A DNA stretch of 23,877 nucleotides from a virus (Duplodnaviria > Heunggongvirae > Uroviricota > Caudoviricetes), in the IMG/VR virus record IMGVR_UViG_3300047447_000093; one strand, written 5' to 3'. Below are positions 8,060-16,382 of this stretch, one piece after another. A model generated the notes under the pieces. That model was given only the letters and a program-made list of their open reading frames with translations, did not search any database and had not been told where the DNA came from. Position 1 is the stretch's first letter. Each line of letters opens with the position of its first letter. The position numbers were made by a program, and so were the translations under genes.

Positions 8060-8325
8060 AATATTATAAAGGTGATTTAGTAGTAAATGAACAGCGTTTT
8101 GGTGACGTTTGGACATCACGCATCGATACAATCTCCGAACATGGTCATGTGTGGAATGGACGTATTCAGATTTATGGAGAGTCACAAGAGGAAGTGGAAA
8201 AGCTTCGTGATGAGTTTTTGAACCTTCGTCAACAACTGGAAGCAGCTAACAAGCTCATTGCACACATGCGAGAAGAAGCTATTGAGGCAAGCTGGAGGCT
8301 TAATCCTGAAAGGATGGGGCAATAA
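8056..8325 (+). CDS. Hypothetical protein
   Basis: 89 aa, GTGA overlap, GGGG RBS. Confidence 0.8.
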   Translation: MKYYKGDLVVNEQRFGDVWTSRIDTISEHGHVWNGRIQIYGESQEEVEKLRDEFLNLRQQLEAANKLIAHMREEAIEASWRLNPERMGQ

Positions 8326-8555
8326 TGGGCCTTCACAAACTTAAACCAAATGAATCATTCTGCTGCAACAATGGTTGTGGAGTGTGTGATGCTTTGAGAA
8401 TTTGGGACACATATTCTGAATCCATTTCTCCCTGTGGCACTCTGCGAGAAACAAAAGATCAACTCATTCATGTTAGCACATGCTGCCGTATAGGTGTATT
8501 TGTGTGGGACAATGAGAAGGATGAGGAAACCCCTTACAGGATGGATGATGAATAA
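8325..8555 (+). CDS. Cys-rich hypothetical protein
   Basis: 76 aa, TAATG coupling, CC..GCG.C and CC motifs. Confidence 0.75.
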   Translation: MGLHKLKPNESFCCNNGCGVCDALRIWDTYSESISPCGTLRETKDQLIHVSTCCRIGVFVWDNEKDEETPYRMDDE

Positions 8556-8703
8556 AACTGAATGGATGTATAAATATCATCTTGAAGAACTTGTTAAAGC
8601 TCTCGACAATGCTTTCATTTCTTCTTGGCAGTCTACTGCTGCTTGGCAACAACAACTAGAGGCAGCAAAAGAATTCCTTGCACACAAAGCAAAAACAGAG
8701 TAG
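8548..8703 (+). CDS. Hypothetical protein, about 51 aa
   Basis: Start refined to the ATG overlapping the previous stop. Confidence 0.7.
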   Translation: MNKTEWMYKYHLEELVKALDNAFISSWQSTAAWQQQLEAAKEFLAHKAKTE

Positions 8704-8706
8704 AAT
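8678..8706 (+). promoter_or_regulatory. sigma70 promoter for the 667-aa/132-aa pair
   Basis: TTGCAC-17-TAGAAT. Confidence 0.65.
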
Positions 8707-8764
8707 TCATCTCACTGTAACAATTTACGAAGTAAAACAATCCCTCTAAAACAGGAGCTATACA

Positions 8765-10768
8765 ATGTCTGACTTTAAGCCGTTTTCTCAAGCTGTACAC
8801 AAGCAATTCTCTGAAATGTCTAAACACGAACTGTTCGTTGTGGACGTATCCGGGGACGACCTCTTTGCTGCCTATCTGGCTGCATTCCCTGAAGGCACCA
8901 ACCCAATCTACCGTGAGCGCACTGAGCACGATTGCTCTTGCTGCAAAAATTTCATTCGTAATATTGGCAATGTTGTTACTGTTGTTTATGGTAAGGTTGT
9001 CACTGTGTGGGACAATGTTACCACTGGTGATGAATATGAAGTAGTGGCTGCTGCTCTAGCAGAAATCGTCAGCAAAGCTCCAATTAAATCCCTCTTCCGT
9101 GCATCTGAAAAGCAATACGGTGCAGAATCCACTGTCGAACTGAAAGACGGTGTTACGAAGCGCTGGAATCACTTCCACGGACAGATTGCCAACAAGCATT
9201 ACACGAAGGAAGTAGGCTCTGTCGTAGGTGAATACAACACGTCTGTGAGCGTCTTTAAGCGTGGCTTGGATGAACTCACTCCAGAAGCATTTGCTACTGT
9301 CATCGACCTGACCAATCAGAACAATCTTTACAAAGGAAATGATTTCCTTGCTTCTGTGACTTCTTTCTCTAAAGCACAGCAAGAATACAACAAACTGAGC
9401 GCACAAGAAAAGAATAATTATATTTGGCAGAATGCTGGCAATATGGCCCTGTCCCGCTTTCGTAACACCGCCATTGGCACCCTTCTGGTTGATCTGTCTG
9501 CTGGTGTGGACATTGAAGGCGCTGTAAAATCGTTTGAACAGAAAGTAGCTCCAACTAACTACAAACGTCCTAATGCTCTCATCACTCAGAAAATGGTTGA
9601 TGATGCAATGAAAACTATCGATTCTCTGGGTCTGGAGCCTGCTCTGGAACGGCGACATGCCACGCTGGAAGATGTTTCTGTCAATGACATCCTCTTCGTG
9701 GACAACAATGTTCGTGGTAAGCTGAAGGGCGGCGTGGCTAACGTTCTGGCTGATGCTGTTGCACCTGTTGAAGTGAAAGAAAGCAAAGCTCAAGAAATTA
9801 ATGTAGATGACTTCCTGAAGAACGTTGTTCCCGGTGCTAAGAGTATTGATGTTCATGTGAAAAATCAGCATCAAGCTAATTTTGTCAGCATCACGGCTCC
9901 TGTGCATGAGGAAGTGGAGCCTCTGTTCAAATGGGATAATAATTTTGCTTGGAGCTATGACGGCAATGTGACAGATAGTATCAAAGAACGTGTGAAGGCT
10001 CAGGGCGGTATTACGGATGCAAAATTCCGTGTGTCTCTGGCATGGTATAACAAAGACGATTTGGATTTGTATATCAAAGAACCTGATGGCTATCAAATCT
10101 ACTTTGGTAACAAAGGCGTGCGTAGCAAGAACACTGGTATGCTGGATGTGGACATGAATGCTTATGGCCCACACAGCGATACAGAGCCTGTGGAAAACGT
10201 TGTGTGGAGCCGCCCTATGGATGGGCAGTATGTTGTCACTGTAAACAATTACAATCAACGTACTACTGTCAATCCCGGCTTTACGCTTGAAGTGGAGTCG
10301 GATGGTATTGTGCATCAGTATAGCACTCCCACCTCTCCGCGCAGTGGAAACAACAAACATGCTTTGACTATCACTGTAAAGGGTGGTAAAGTGGTTGACA
10401 TCAAACCAACTCAAGGTGTTGTTGGTGGTGCATTCAGCCAAGAGAAATGGAACATTGAAACTGAAAAGTTTGTACGTGTCAACACCATGATGCTGTCTCC
10501 GAATCACTGGAATGGTAAGGAAATTGGCAGCAAACACGTATTCTTTGCTCTGGAAGGTTGTAAAAATCCTGTTCCAACGCGGGGCATTTACAATGAATTC
10601 CTGAAGGGCGACTTAGAGAAGCATCGTAAAGTATTTGAATTGTTGGGGCAGAAAACTATGTGCCAGCCTTCTGAGAAACAGATTAGCGGATTGGGTTTTA
10701 CGTCTGCTCGTGGTGATAGTGTTGTAGTGAAAGTGAATAATCAAAAGTTGTATAACGTTAAATTTTAA
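8765..10768 (+). CDS. Large conserved phage protein with N-terminal HDCSCC motif and a YfaP/DUF2135-like domain
   Basis: 667 aa; EHDCSCCKNFIRNIG, WNHFHG, RVSLAWYNKDDLDLYIKEPDG..IYFGNK...GMLDVDMN..PVEN; strong codon bias. Confidence 0.85.
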   Translation: MSDFKPFSQAVHKQFSEMSKHELFVVDVSGDDLFAAYLAAFPEGTNPIYRERTEHDCSCCKNFIRNIGNVVTVVYGKVVTVWDNVTTGDEYEVVAAALAEIVSKAPIKSLFRASEKQYGAESTVELKDGVTKRWNHFHGQIANKHYTKEVGSVVGEYNTSVSVFKRGLDELTPEAFATVIDLTNQNNLYKGNDFLASVTSFSKAQQEYNKLSAQEKNNYIWQNAGNMALSRFRNTAIGTLLVDLSAGVDIEGAVKSFEQKVAPTNYKRPNALITQKMVDDAMKTIDSLGLEPALERRHATLEDVSVNDILFVDNNVRGKLKGGVANVLADAVAPVEVKESKAQEINVDDFLKNVVPGAKSIDVHVKNQHQANFVSITAPVHEEVEPLFKWDNNFAWSYDGNVTDSIKERVKAQGGITDAKFRVSLAWYNKDDLDLYIKEPDGYQIYFGNKGVRSKNTGMLDVDMNAYGPHSDTEPVENVVWSRPMDGQYVVTVNNYNQRTTVNPGFTLEVESDGIVHQYSTPTSPRSGNNKHALTITVKGGKVVDIKPTQGVVGGAFSQEKWNIETEKFVRVNTMMLSPNHWNGKEIGSKHVFFALEGCKNPVPTRGIYNEFLKGDLEKHRKVFELLGQKTMCQPSEKQISGLGFTSARGDSVVVKVNNQKLYNVKF

Positions 10769-10781
10769 TTAGGAGAAATAA

Positions 10782-11180
10782 ATGTCTATTTTTGAAACCG
10801 CTTCCCGTAAAGCTTTCCGCTTCCCTTCAGTAAAGGGTGAACTGACCACTGAACAACTGTGGAATCTGAATCTGCTTGCTAATGGTGGATTTGATTTGAA
10901 CAATGTTGCAATTGATCTGAACAAATCCCTGAAAGCCATCACTGAAGAGAGCTTTGTCAGTGTGAAGCCAAATCGAGGTAAGACTGATCTGGAAAATAAG
11001 TTGGAAATCGTAAAGCATATTATTGCTGTGAAACAAGAAGAACAGGCAGCAGCACGAGATAAGGCTGACAAAGCCGCTAAACGTGAAAAGCTGGTGCAAG
11101 CTCTGGCGAATAAGGAAGACGAAGCCTTGAACAACCTCACCCCAGATGAGATTCGTGCAAAACTGGCAGAACTGGATTAA
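10782..11180 (+). CDS. Conserved helical or coiled-coil phage protein, partner of the 667-aa protein
   Basis: 132 aa; FE.ASR..FRF.S.KG.LT.EQLW.L motif and KLEIVKHII.VK helix; AGGAG RBS. Confidence 0.9.
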   Translation: MSIFETASRKAFRFPSVKGELTTEQLWNLNLLANGGFDLNNVAIDLNKSLKAITEESFVSVKPNRGKTDLENKLEIVKHIIAVKQEEQAAARDKADKAAKREKLVQALANKEDEALNNLTPDEIRAKLAELD

Positions 11181-11198
11181 CTTCTAGTGTAACATTTA

Positions 11199-11222
11199 GC
11201 CCCTCTCACGAGGGGCATTTTT
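11199..11222 (+). terminator. Intrinsic terminator
   Basis: GCCCCTC-TCAC-GAGGGGC-ATTTTT. Confidence 0.85.
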
Positions 11223-11235
11223 ATATGGAAAATAA

Positions 11236-11526
11236 ATGTCTGAACTAAAATACAAGCGAATCCCCACAACAGTAGAAGTGTGTTTTGCCATTGTGCGAGA
11301 GCACACCAAAGGAGAATATCCACAAGACTTATGTGTATATGAAACCTTCACAAATATTGTTGAGAATGGCATAAGCACAATTTACACAGTATGGGGATTG
11401 CGTGAAGCTGAAGTTGCTTTAGTAGGTGCTCATACCACTTACGAATCAGAAGACGACAAAGAGATTGAAAATACCCGTAAGAGTGAATATTGGCTGTGTG
11501 CGCCTTATTTAGAGGAAGACGAATGA
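11236..11526 (+). CDS. Hypothetical phage protein
   Basis: 96-aa ORF. Confidence 0.85.
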   Translation: MSELKYKRIPTTVEVCFAIVREHTKGEYPQDLCVYETFTNIVENGISTIYTVWGLREAEVALVGAHTTYESEDDKEIENTRKSEYWLCAPYLEEDE

Positions 11527-11708
11527 TTACAAAAAACCAACGTGAAGAACTTGAACTGTTGATTGACGATGTAAAATTCAAATACTCTAATTTCAAATAC
11601 GCTTTTCAATTCCTTACAGAACAATCTGTGAAAGATTCATGGACAGAATTGAATGCTTCATATATGTTTCTGAATGAATTTTTGGATTTTATTACGGAGA
11701 ATAAATGA
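11523..11708 (+). CDS. Hypothetical protein
   Basis: Start refined to ATG 11523 (ATGA overlap). Confidence 0.75.
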   Translation: MITKNQREELELLIDDVKFKYSNFKYAFQFLTEQSVKDSWTELNASYMFLNEFLDFITENK

Positions 11709-11827
11709 AATACTTTTTAATCATTTTTATAAGCCTCATCACAGGCTCCACTGTCGTCAACCTTGGCTTTGGAAAAAGAAAATCTACATATGTTGTTGCA
11801 GGTAATTTTGTACGGAGGATTCGTTAA
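11705..11827 (+). CDS. Small hydrophobic protein, 40 aa
   Basis: GGAG RBS; coupled on both sides; MKYFLIIFISLITG... Confidence 0.55.
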   Translation: MKYFLIIFISLITGSTVVNLGFGKRKSTYVVAGNFVRRIR

Positions 11828-11988
11828 TGATTTGTTCTAAATGTAATTCCGAAATGTATCATTCGGACGGATGGGAAGAATGTTGGGATGGAGAAACAGA
11901 AGAGTGTTATTGGTGGGGGCGGTGGGATTGTCTTGAATGCGGGCATTTTATCTGTTCATATGACGATGGATATGAGGGAGTGGAATGA
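11827..11988 (+). CDS. Acidic zinc-ribbon miniprotein, 53 aa
   Basis: MICSKCNSEM...WDCLECGH; coupled on both sides. Confidence 0.75.
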   Translation: MICSKCNSEMYHSDGWEECWDGETEECYWWGRWDCLECGHFICSYDDGYEGVE

Positions 11989-12242
11989 AAGGCATATATA
12001 GACCAATTGCAGAACATCTTCGCACATTCTGCGCACAAGATCAATTTGTTATTTATCTAGATTCTTTTCGCTGGAAGCGTTATAAGGAAGACGATCCTTG
12101 GTTGAATGATGAAAATCATCAAGACGAAGTGTTAAGCAACCATTATGATAGTATGTCTCTTGAACAACTAGCAGAAGATTTCGGATATGAGATTGATTGG
12201 AAATTTAATTTACATCATGTAGCCATTGTGAGGATGAAATGA
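11985..12242 (+). CDS. Hypothetical protein
   Basis: 85 aa, ATGA overlaps. Confidence 0.8.
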   Translation: MKGIYRPIAEHLRTFCAQDQFVIYLDSFRWKRYKEDDPWLNDENHQDEVLSNHYDSMSLEQLAEDFGYEIDWKFNLHHVAIVRMK

Positions 12243-12385
12243 AATGCCCTGAATGTAATTTTCCAATGACACGCTTCAATTCAGAGCATGATTATAATCC
12301 TCCCGGTGATTGGGAGTATTTTTATTATTGGCAATGCAACATGTGTTTTGAGACAATTGAAGAAGATGATATGGAGGAAGAATGA
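12239..12385 (+). CDS. Acidic zinc-ribbon miniprotein, 48 aa
   Basis: MKCPECNFPM...WQCNMCFE; ATGA overlaps at both ends. Confidence 0.75.
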   Translation: MKCPECNFPMTRFNSEHDYNPPGDWEYFYYWQCNMCFETIEEDDMEEE

Positions 12386-12564
12386 AACTAAAATCAGCAG
12401 TAACAACATATGAAATTTCTCTGGATGAATTGAAAGATCATTTTGCGGAGCAATTAAATGTTGACAAGAAGAAGATTTCTGTTGAACAACGAGAACGTTG
12501 GTCGGGGAGTCAAATTGATGAATACAAAGTGTTTGACGGATTGAAAATTACTGTGAGGGATTAA
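12382..12564 (+). CDS. Hypothetical protein
   Basis: 60 aa, GGAGG RBS. Confidence 0.85.
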   Translation: MKLKSAVTTYEISLDELKDHFAEQLNVDKKKISVEQRERWSGSQIDEYKVFDGLKITVRD

Positions 12565-12633
12565 TTTTAAAATCTGCTCAATATTTGTAAAACTACATTT
12601 CCAAAATTTTCCCACATGCCCCAGAAAATCATG

Positions 12634-12655
12634 GCCCTCCTAGTGAGGGCTTTTT
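12634..12655 (+). terminator. Intrinsic terminator
   Basis: GCCCTC-CTAGT-GAGGGC-TTTTT. Confidence 0.85.
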
Positions 12656-12803
12656 GCATTTCTCTTGCCTGTTTGTATGAAAGTATTCTTTAACAAGATT
12701 TGTTGTATTAAAGAAAGCTTACATTTGTGCAACACAAGCTCCCTCTCAAACAGCCTAGAACACTTTCCAACATTTGTCTAGAACTATTTTGACAACAAAA
12801 AGC

Positions 12804-12832
12804 TTGTTTCTTTGTTTTGTGCGTGCTAACAT
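12804..12832 (+). promoter_or_regulatory. sigma70 promoter (extended -10)
   Basis: TTGTTT-17-TAACAT with TG-n before the -10. Confidence 0.55.
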
Positions 12833-12874
12833 GGGTTCATTGAAGAACAGCCGACAGGCTTACAGGAAAACGAA

Positions 12875-13069
12875 ATGAAAAAACATATCATGCTTATTCG
12901 TGAAGTTGTAGACGGATGGGAGTATCGTATTGTGGAAAGCACTGTGCGCCGCCTTGTTAGTGCGGAATGGAAGTACATGAACCACAGCGAAAACATTTCT
13001 TTAGAAGATATTGCAGAGCATTTTAACAGTTCTACAATTATCAATGTGACGAATCATTTCAGGGAGTAG
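12875..13069 (+). CDS. Hypothetical protein
   Basis: 64 aa, AGGA RBS. Confidence 0.75.
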   Translation: MKKHIMLIREVVDGWEYRIVESTVRRLVSAEWKYMNHSENISLEDIAEHFNSSTIINVTNHFRE

Positions 13070-13074
13070 TCATC

Positions 13075-13140
13075 ATGAGCCAATCAGAACACGAACAAGC
13101 CCGACGAGAGCTTGGATTTCCATTCAATACGAAACGTTAA
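13075..13140 (+). CDS. Putative 21-aa peptide MSQSEHEQARRELGFPFNTKR
   Basis: GGAG 8 nt upstream; fills the gap between two genes. Confidence 0.5.
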   Translation: MSQSEHEQARRELGFPFNTKR

Positions 13141-13152
13141 GGGGAAGTAAAA

Positions 13153-13338
13153 ATGAACACCAATAAAGTATATAAACTTACCGCTTTCACAGCAACATAT
13201 AACGGGAAGAAAATTCAACGATTCATCATGTGTGAATACATTGATGATAAAGCTTACATGACTCCAAAGCAACTTGAAAAGATTTTCAAAGAACAATTTG
13301 GCTGGATGCCGCGTGGTGTTACTTTCACGGTGGGTTAA
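13153..13338 (+). CDS. Hypothetical protein
   Basis: 61 aa, GGGG RBS. Confidence 0.8.
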   Translation: MNTNKVYKLTAFTATYNGKKIQRFIMCEYIDDKAYMTPKQLEKIFKEQFGWMPRGVTFTVG

Positions 13339-13340
13339 TC

Positions 13341-13595
13341 ATGGCTGAAATCATTCAAGGCTACACTATCAGTAGCTCTAACTCATCGGCCAAACAACCT
13401 TCTAGCATCACTGTAAAATCCCCTTGTGGGACAATCCTAGCTCGTGTTCGTAGCGACGAATGCAAGCTGCTATCGAAAGTGAGGCTGTGGGCAAATCATC
13501 CTCTACGGGCAGAATTGACAGCACAGCTAAAAAGCTGCAACGTGCAAGAGGAAATTATTCAGGAAATTTTGAAGCCTAAGCGGAAGGAAAACTAA
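13341..13595 (+). CDS. Hypothetical protein
   Basis: 84-aa ORF. Confidence 0.8.
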   Translation: MAEIIQGYTISSSNSSAKQPSSITVKSPCGTILARVRSDECKLLSKVRLWANHPLRAELTAQLKSCNVQEEIIQEILKPKRKEN

Positions 13596-13596
13596 T

Positions 13597-13752
13597 ATGT
13601 ATTTTGATCTAGAATTCTCTAACGGTGTGTGGATAGCTTATGACTACTATTATGATGGTCACGAAGACGATTCTGTGATTTGCACTAAAGCAACGCGGCA
13701 AGAGTGTATCACTACAGCGGAAAAGATGGGATATCGTTGGGTTGGAGAATAA
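13597..13752 (+). CDS. Hypothetical protein, 51 aa
   Basis: AAGGA RBS; MYFDLEFSNG...RWVGE. Confidence 0.75.
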   Translation: MYFDLEFSNGVWIAYDYYYDGHEDDSVICTKATRQECITTAEKMGYRWVGE

Positions 13753-13765
13753 TTTATAAAAGTGC

Positions 13766-13794
13766 TTGACAGAGGGCTTACAACGTCCTAAGAT
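13766..13794 (+). promoter_or_regulatory. sigma70 promoter
   Basis: TTGACA-17-TAAGAT. Confidence 0.9.
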
Positions 13795-13824
13795 GGATAC
13801 ATAGACAAACAAACGGAGCTTTAC

Positions 13825-14145
13825 ATGATTCGCATTCGATATACTTTCAATTCTGCCAGTGATGGCGTAAGATGGGGTGACTTTCTTACATCATGCGTCA
13901 GTGTAGAGGGGGCTTTAAAATCTTTTGCTGGGAACAGCCCTAAGTTTATGCTTCAAAATCTGGTTGAAATGCATATTTTTGAAATAAATAACAAACAGCA
14001 TCAATCAAGAGAAACTTTGATTCAAGGTGTTGAGAAACAAATCACTGAATTCATTAAAGAAAATAAGGAGAAACAAAATGAACGCCATTGTAAAAGAATC
14101 CCTCTTGCAACAGCCAGCTATACCAGTAGCTTCTTTAATGAGTAA
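13825..14145 (+). CDS. Hypothetical protein (3' end overlaps the next gene by 68 nt)
   Basis: GGAG RBS after the promoter; 106 aa. Confidence 0.75.
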   Translation: MIRIRYTFNSASDGVRWGDFLTSCVSVEGALKSFAGNSPKFMLQNLVEMHIFEINNKQHQSRETLIQGVEKQITEFIKENKEKQNERHCKRIPLATASYTSSFFNE

Positions 14146-14734
14146 CGGCAAGCCCATTGTACAAGCTCGCCTCTCTACATCATTTGCAAAGTTGCGCGAA
14201 AAGGGTGCTTGCGAAGAAGGTTATAAAAAACTTGCTAAATATCTCGGAGGTGTTACAAAATACGGCAAGGATACGGAAATCAATCTGCTGACTATTCTGG
14301 AAAGCAATGGTTTTGATGATTGTGTGTGGTGTCTCCGTGCTACTTTACAAGATTCGGACAATGTAAAACGCCACATTGCAGCAGATTTTGCAGAAAGTGT
14401 TCTTCATATTTACGAAAAAGCCTATCCTACAGACAATCGGCCTAGGAAAGCTGTAGAAGCTGCACACATGTACGCTGATGGTGAAATTTCGCACGAAGTA
14501 TTAGCATCATTACGAAATAATGCTACTTATGCTGCTGATTCTGCTGCTTATGCTGTTGCTGTTGCTGCTACTTATGCTGCTGTTGCTGCTACTTATGCTG
14601 CTGATTCTGCTGCTTTTGCTGTTGCTGTTGCTGCTACTTATGCTGCTGTTGCTGCTGCAAAAACACGCGAAGAAAAGAAACAACAATTGACACAAATCGT
14701 TAAAAAATATTTGATTGCCGATGTCAATGAGTGA
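14078..14734 (+). CDS. Imm5-like domain phage protein with Ala-rich repeat
   Basis: AAGGAG RBS; AADFAE.VL.IYE...P.D.RPR.AVEAA..YA.GE motif, then ATYAADSAAYAVAVA repeats. Confidence 0.7.
   Translation: MNAIVKESLLQQPAIPVASLMSNGKPIVQARLSTSFAKLREKGACEEGYKKLAKYLGGVTKYGKDTEINLLTILESNGFDDCVWCLRATLQDSDNVKRHIAADFAESVLHIYEKAYPTDNRPRKAVEAAHMYADGEISHEVLASLRNNATYAADSAAYAVAVAATYAAVAATYAADSAAFAVAVAATYAAVAAAKTREEKKQQLTQIVKKYLIADVNE
14522..14653 (+). repeat. 66-bp tandem duplication (2 copies, 1 mismatch) encoding 22-aa Ala-rich units
   Basis: 14522-14587 versus 14588-14653 differ only at TAT/TTT. Confidence 0.95.
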
Positions 14735-14765
14735 ATTATTCTTCCCAAAGAAACAAAAATAACGC

Positions 14766-14793
14766 TTGACAATCACAAAATACGCTGTAAACT
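14766..14793 (+). promoter_or_regulatory. sigma70 promoter
   Basis: TTGACA-16-TAAACT. Confidence 0.75.
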
Positions 14794-14828
14794 GAGTGTA
14801 TTGAAACAACAAACAACCGGAGAATAGA

Positions 14829-15044
14829 ATGACAATCCCTAAAGACCTACAACCCTATTTGGATGCTAGGCATACCCTCACTGTAGAAGAGAAGAAAATA
14901 GTTGACAACACATTTAAATACCTTTATCGTGAGGGTATTGCAAATCTTGGTGTTAACCTCCCCGACGATGATCGGGCAGAGGAATTAGAAGCAACACTAA
15001 TCAAGTTTGTTTTGTACGGTCGTATCCAAAAGTTTTTTAAATAA
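14829..15044 (+). CDS. Hypothetical protein
   Basis: 71 aa, GGAG RBS. Confidence 0.85.
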   Translation: MTIPKDLQPYLDARHTLTVEEKKIVDNTFKYLYREGIANLGVNLPDDDRAEELEATLIKFVLYGRIQKFFK

Positions 15045-15061
15045 TTTTAAGGAGTAATGTC

Positions 15062-15265
15062 ATGGCCCGTCTGTATTTCAAAACCCGCGAAGCTGCCCGT
15101 TCCTCTCTGAAGGCCCACAAGCTTGTCGATGCTGGTGCAGAGGCTCCTAAAGGCCGTCGCTATGCCCGTGACATTTCCGCTCATGCAGCGGCTGCAAAAG
15201 AGGCTAAAGAGCTTATGCAAGGCTTTATGAACATTGCTAACGAAATGTACGAGGAGGCTGCATAA
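15062..15265 (+). CDS. Small Ala/Lys/Arg-rich phage protein
   Basis: 67 aa, AAGGAG RBS, strong codon bias. Confidence 0.9.
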   Translation: MARLYFKTREAARSSLKAHKLVDAGAEAPKGRRYARDISAHAAAAKEAKELMQGFMNIANEMYEEAA

Positions 15266-15453
15266 TGCACATTCAAAAGAATCCACAACAATTTCAAGTG
15301 GTGCTCACTACCAAAGAAATCCACTTGATTGCTTACGGCTTGTTTCTTTATGCTGCTAATCCCGGCACTCAGCAGCATAAAGTGGAAGAATGTATTAAGC
15401 TGATGCAACAATTTAATAATGCTGTGAAACAATCAGCTACGAAAGGTGTATAA
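15265..15453 (+). CDS. Hypothetical protein
   Basis: 62 aa, TAATG coupling. Confidence 0.8.
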   Translation: MHIQKNPQQFQVVLTTKEIHLIAYGLFLYAANPGTQQHKVEECIKLMQQFNNAVKQSATKGV

Positions 15454-15639
15454 TGAACAAACGTGAAGCAGCAATTGTAAGCGCCTACACAGGCTTCCTT
15501 AATGTCTCTCGTGTTTATTGTATATTTGATTAGTATTCTCCAAGCACAGGAAATTGGTGGAAAGGTTTTGCAAGTTATCCACCAAAAACTTGATAGCATT
15601 ATTAATGAGGATAAGCCTCAAAAGGAAACTAAAAAATGA
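15453..15639 (+). pseudogene. Apparently frameshifted small gene
   Basis: The coupled start frame stops at 15533. The +1 frame is open to a TGA overlapping the next ATG. The span is 187 nt (3n+1). Confidence 0.4.
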
Positions 15640-15881
15640 ATACACATAAAGCATTCAGCGTAGTTTTCACTATTGTGCAGATTATCATCGCTGTAGTGTT
15701 CGCTGCAATCATCGGCATCACTATCTATGACGTGTCTCAGGGCAATCCTAACAACCTCTCTGTGGGTTTCAATGGTATGATTGAGACACGCTGTGTAAGT
15801 GGTTATACGTTCGTTCTTGGGCAGGATGGTAATGTCAAGCAAGTGATGGACGAATACGGGAAGGGAAAGGCTTGCAAATGA
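15636..15881 (+). CDS. Membrane-anchored hypothetical protein
   Basis: N-terminal TM helix; ETRC..GY.FV.....Q..DE.GKG..C motif. Confidence 0.85.
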   Translation: MNTHKAFSVVFTIVQIIIAVVFAAIIGITIYDVSQGNPNNLSVGFNGMIETRCVSGYTFVLGQDGNVKQVMDEYGKGKACK

Positions 15882-16063
15882 CACACGAAACACAATTTAT
15901 TAGCAAACAATCCTTGATTAAAGCTATTGAGGATGCTACAGTGGATATTGAATATTGCCATGACTCTAAATATGTACATTTCTCTGGCAACCATGAGAAT
16001 GTATATAAAGTTATTTCTGTAGTCGATGCACATAAGCTGCTGGAGGTTTTGAAAAATGTCTAA
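15878..16063 (+). CDS. Hypothetical protein
   Basis: ATGA overlap; 61 aa. Confidence 0.75.
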   Translation: MTHETQFISKQSLIKAIEDATVDIEYCHDSKYVHFSGNHENVYKVISVVDAHKLLEVLKNV

Positions 16064-16382
16064 AGAAAAGACAATCAAAGAACACAAAATTGCAGCTTTG
16101 CAATGGGCTTACAAACAAATTAAAAATGATTGCAGTTACTATATTTGTTATGCTCTTAATGACTACTACTTCAAAGTAGATAATTCAAAAAAGTCTCAGA
16201 AAGCAGTGTACTATCTTACAAATTATATTTCCAAAGCTCTTAAGGGTTATACTTTCTTGGATAATTGGTTGGTTGATAAAGAAAATCTTAAATGGGCTAA
16301 AGTGTCTAATACAGACAAAATTCGTCGCACTCGCCTAGCTTGGATTAAGTGGATGCTCGCAGCTTATGGAGCGAAGCCATGA
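16056..16382 (+). CDS. Hypothetical phage protein
   Basis: 108 aa, GGAGG RBS; C-terminal RLAWI.WM motif. Confidence 0.85.
   Translation: MSKEKTIKEHKIAALQWAYKQIKNDCSYYICYALNDYYFKVDNSKKSQKAVYYLTNYISKALKGYTFLDNWLVDKENLKWAKVSNTDKIRRTRLAWIKWMLAAYGAKP

Noticed and set aside
9056-10537. 493-aa minus-strand ORF, and similar shadow ORFs at 10769-11140, 4033-4503, 6723-7190 and 7191-7583
   Set aside because: They are antisense to well-supported genes with strong codon bias, have no RBS and give unnatural protein composition, as expected for shadow frames.
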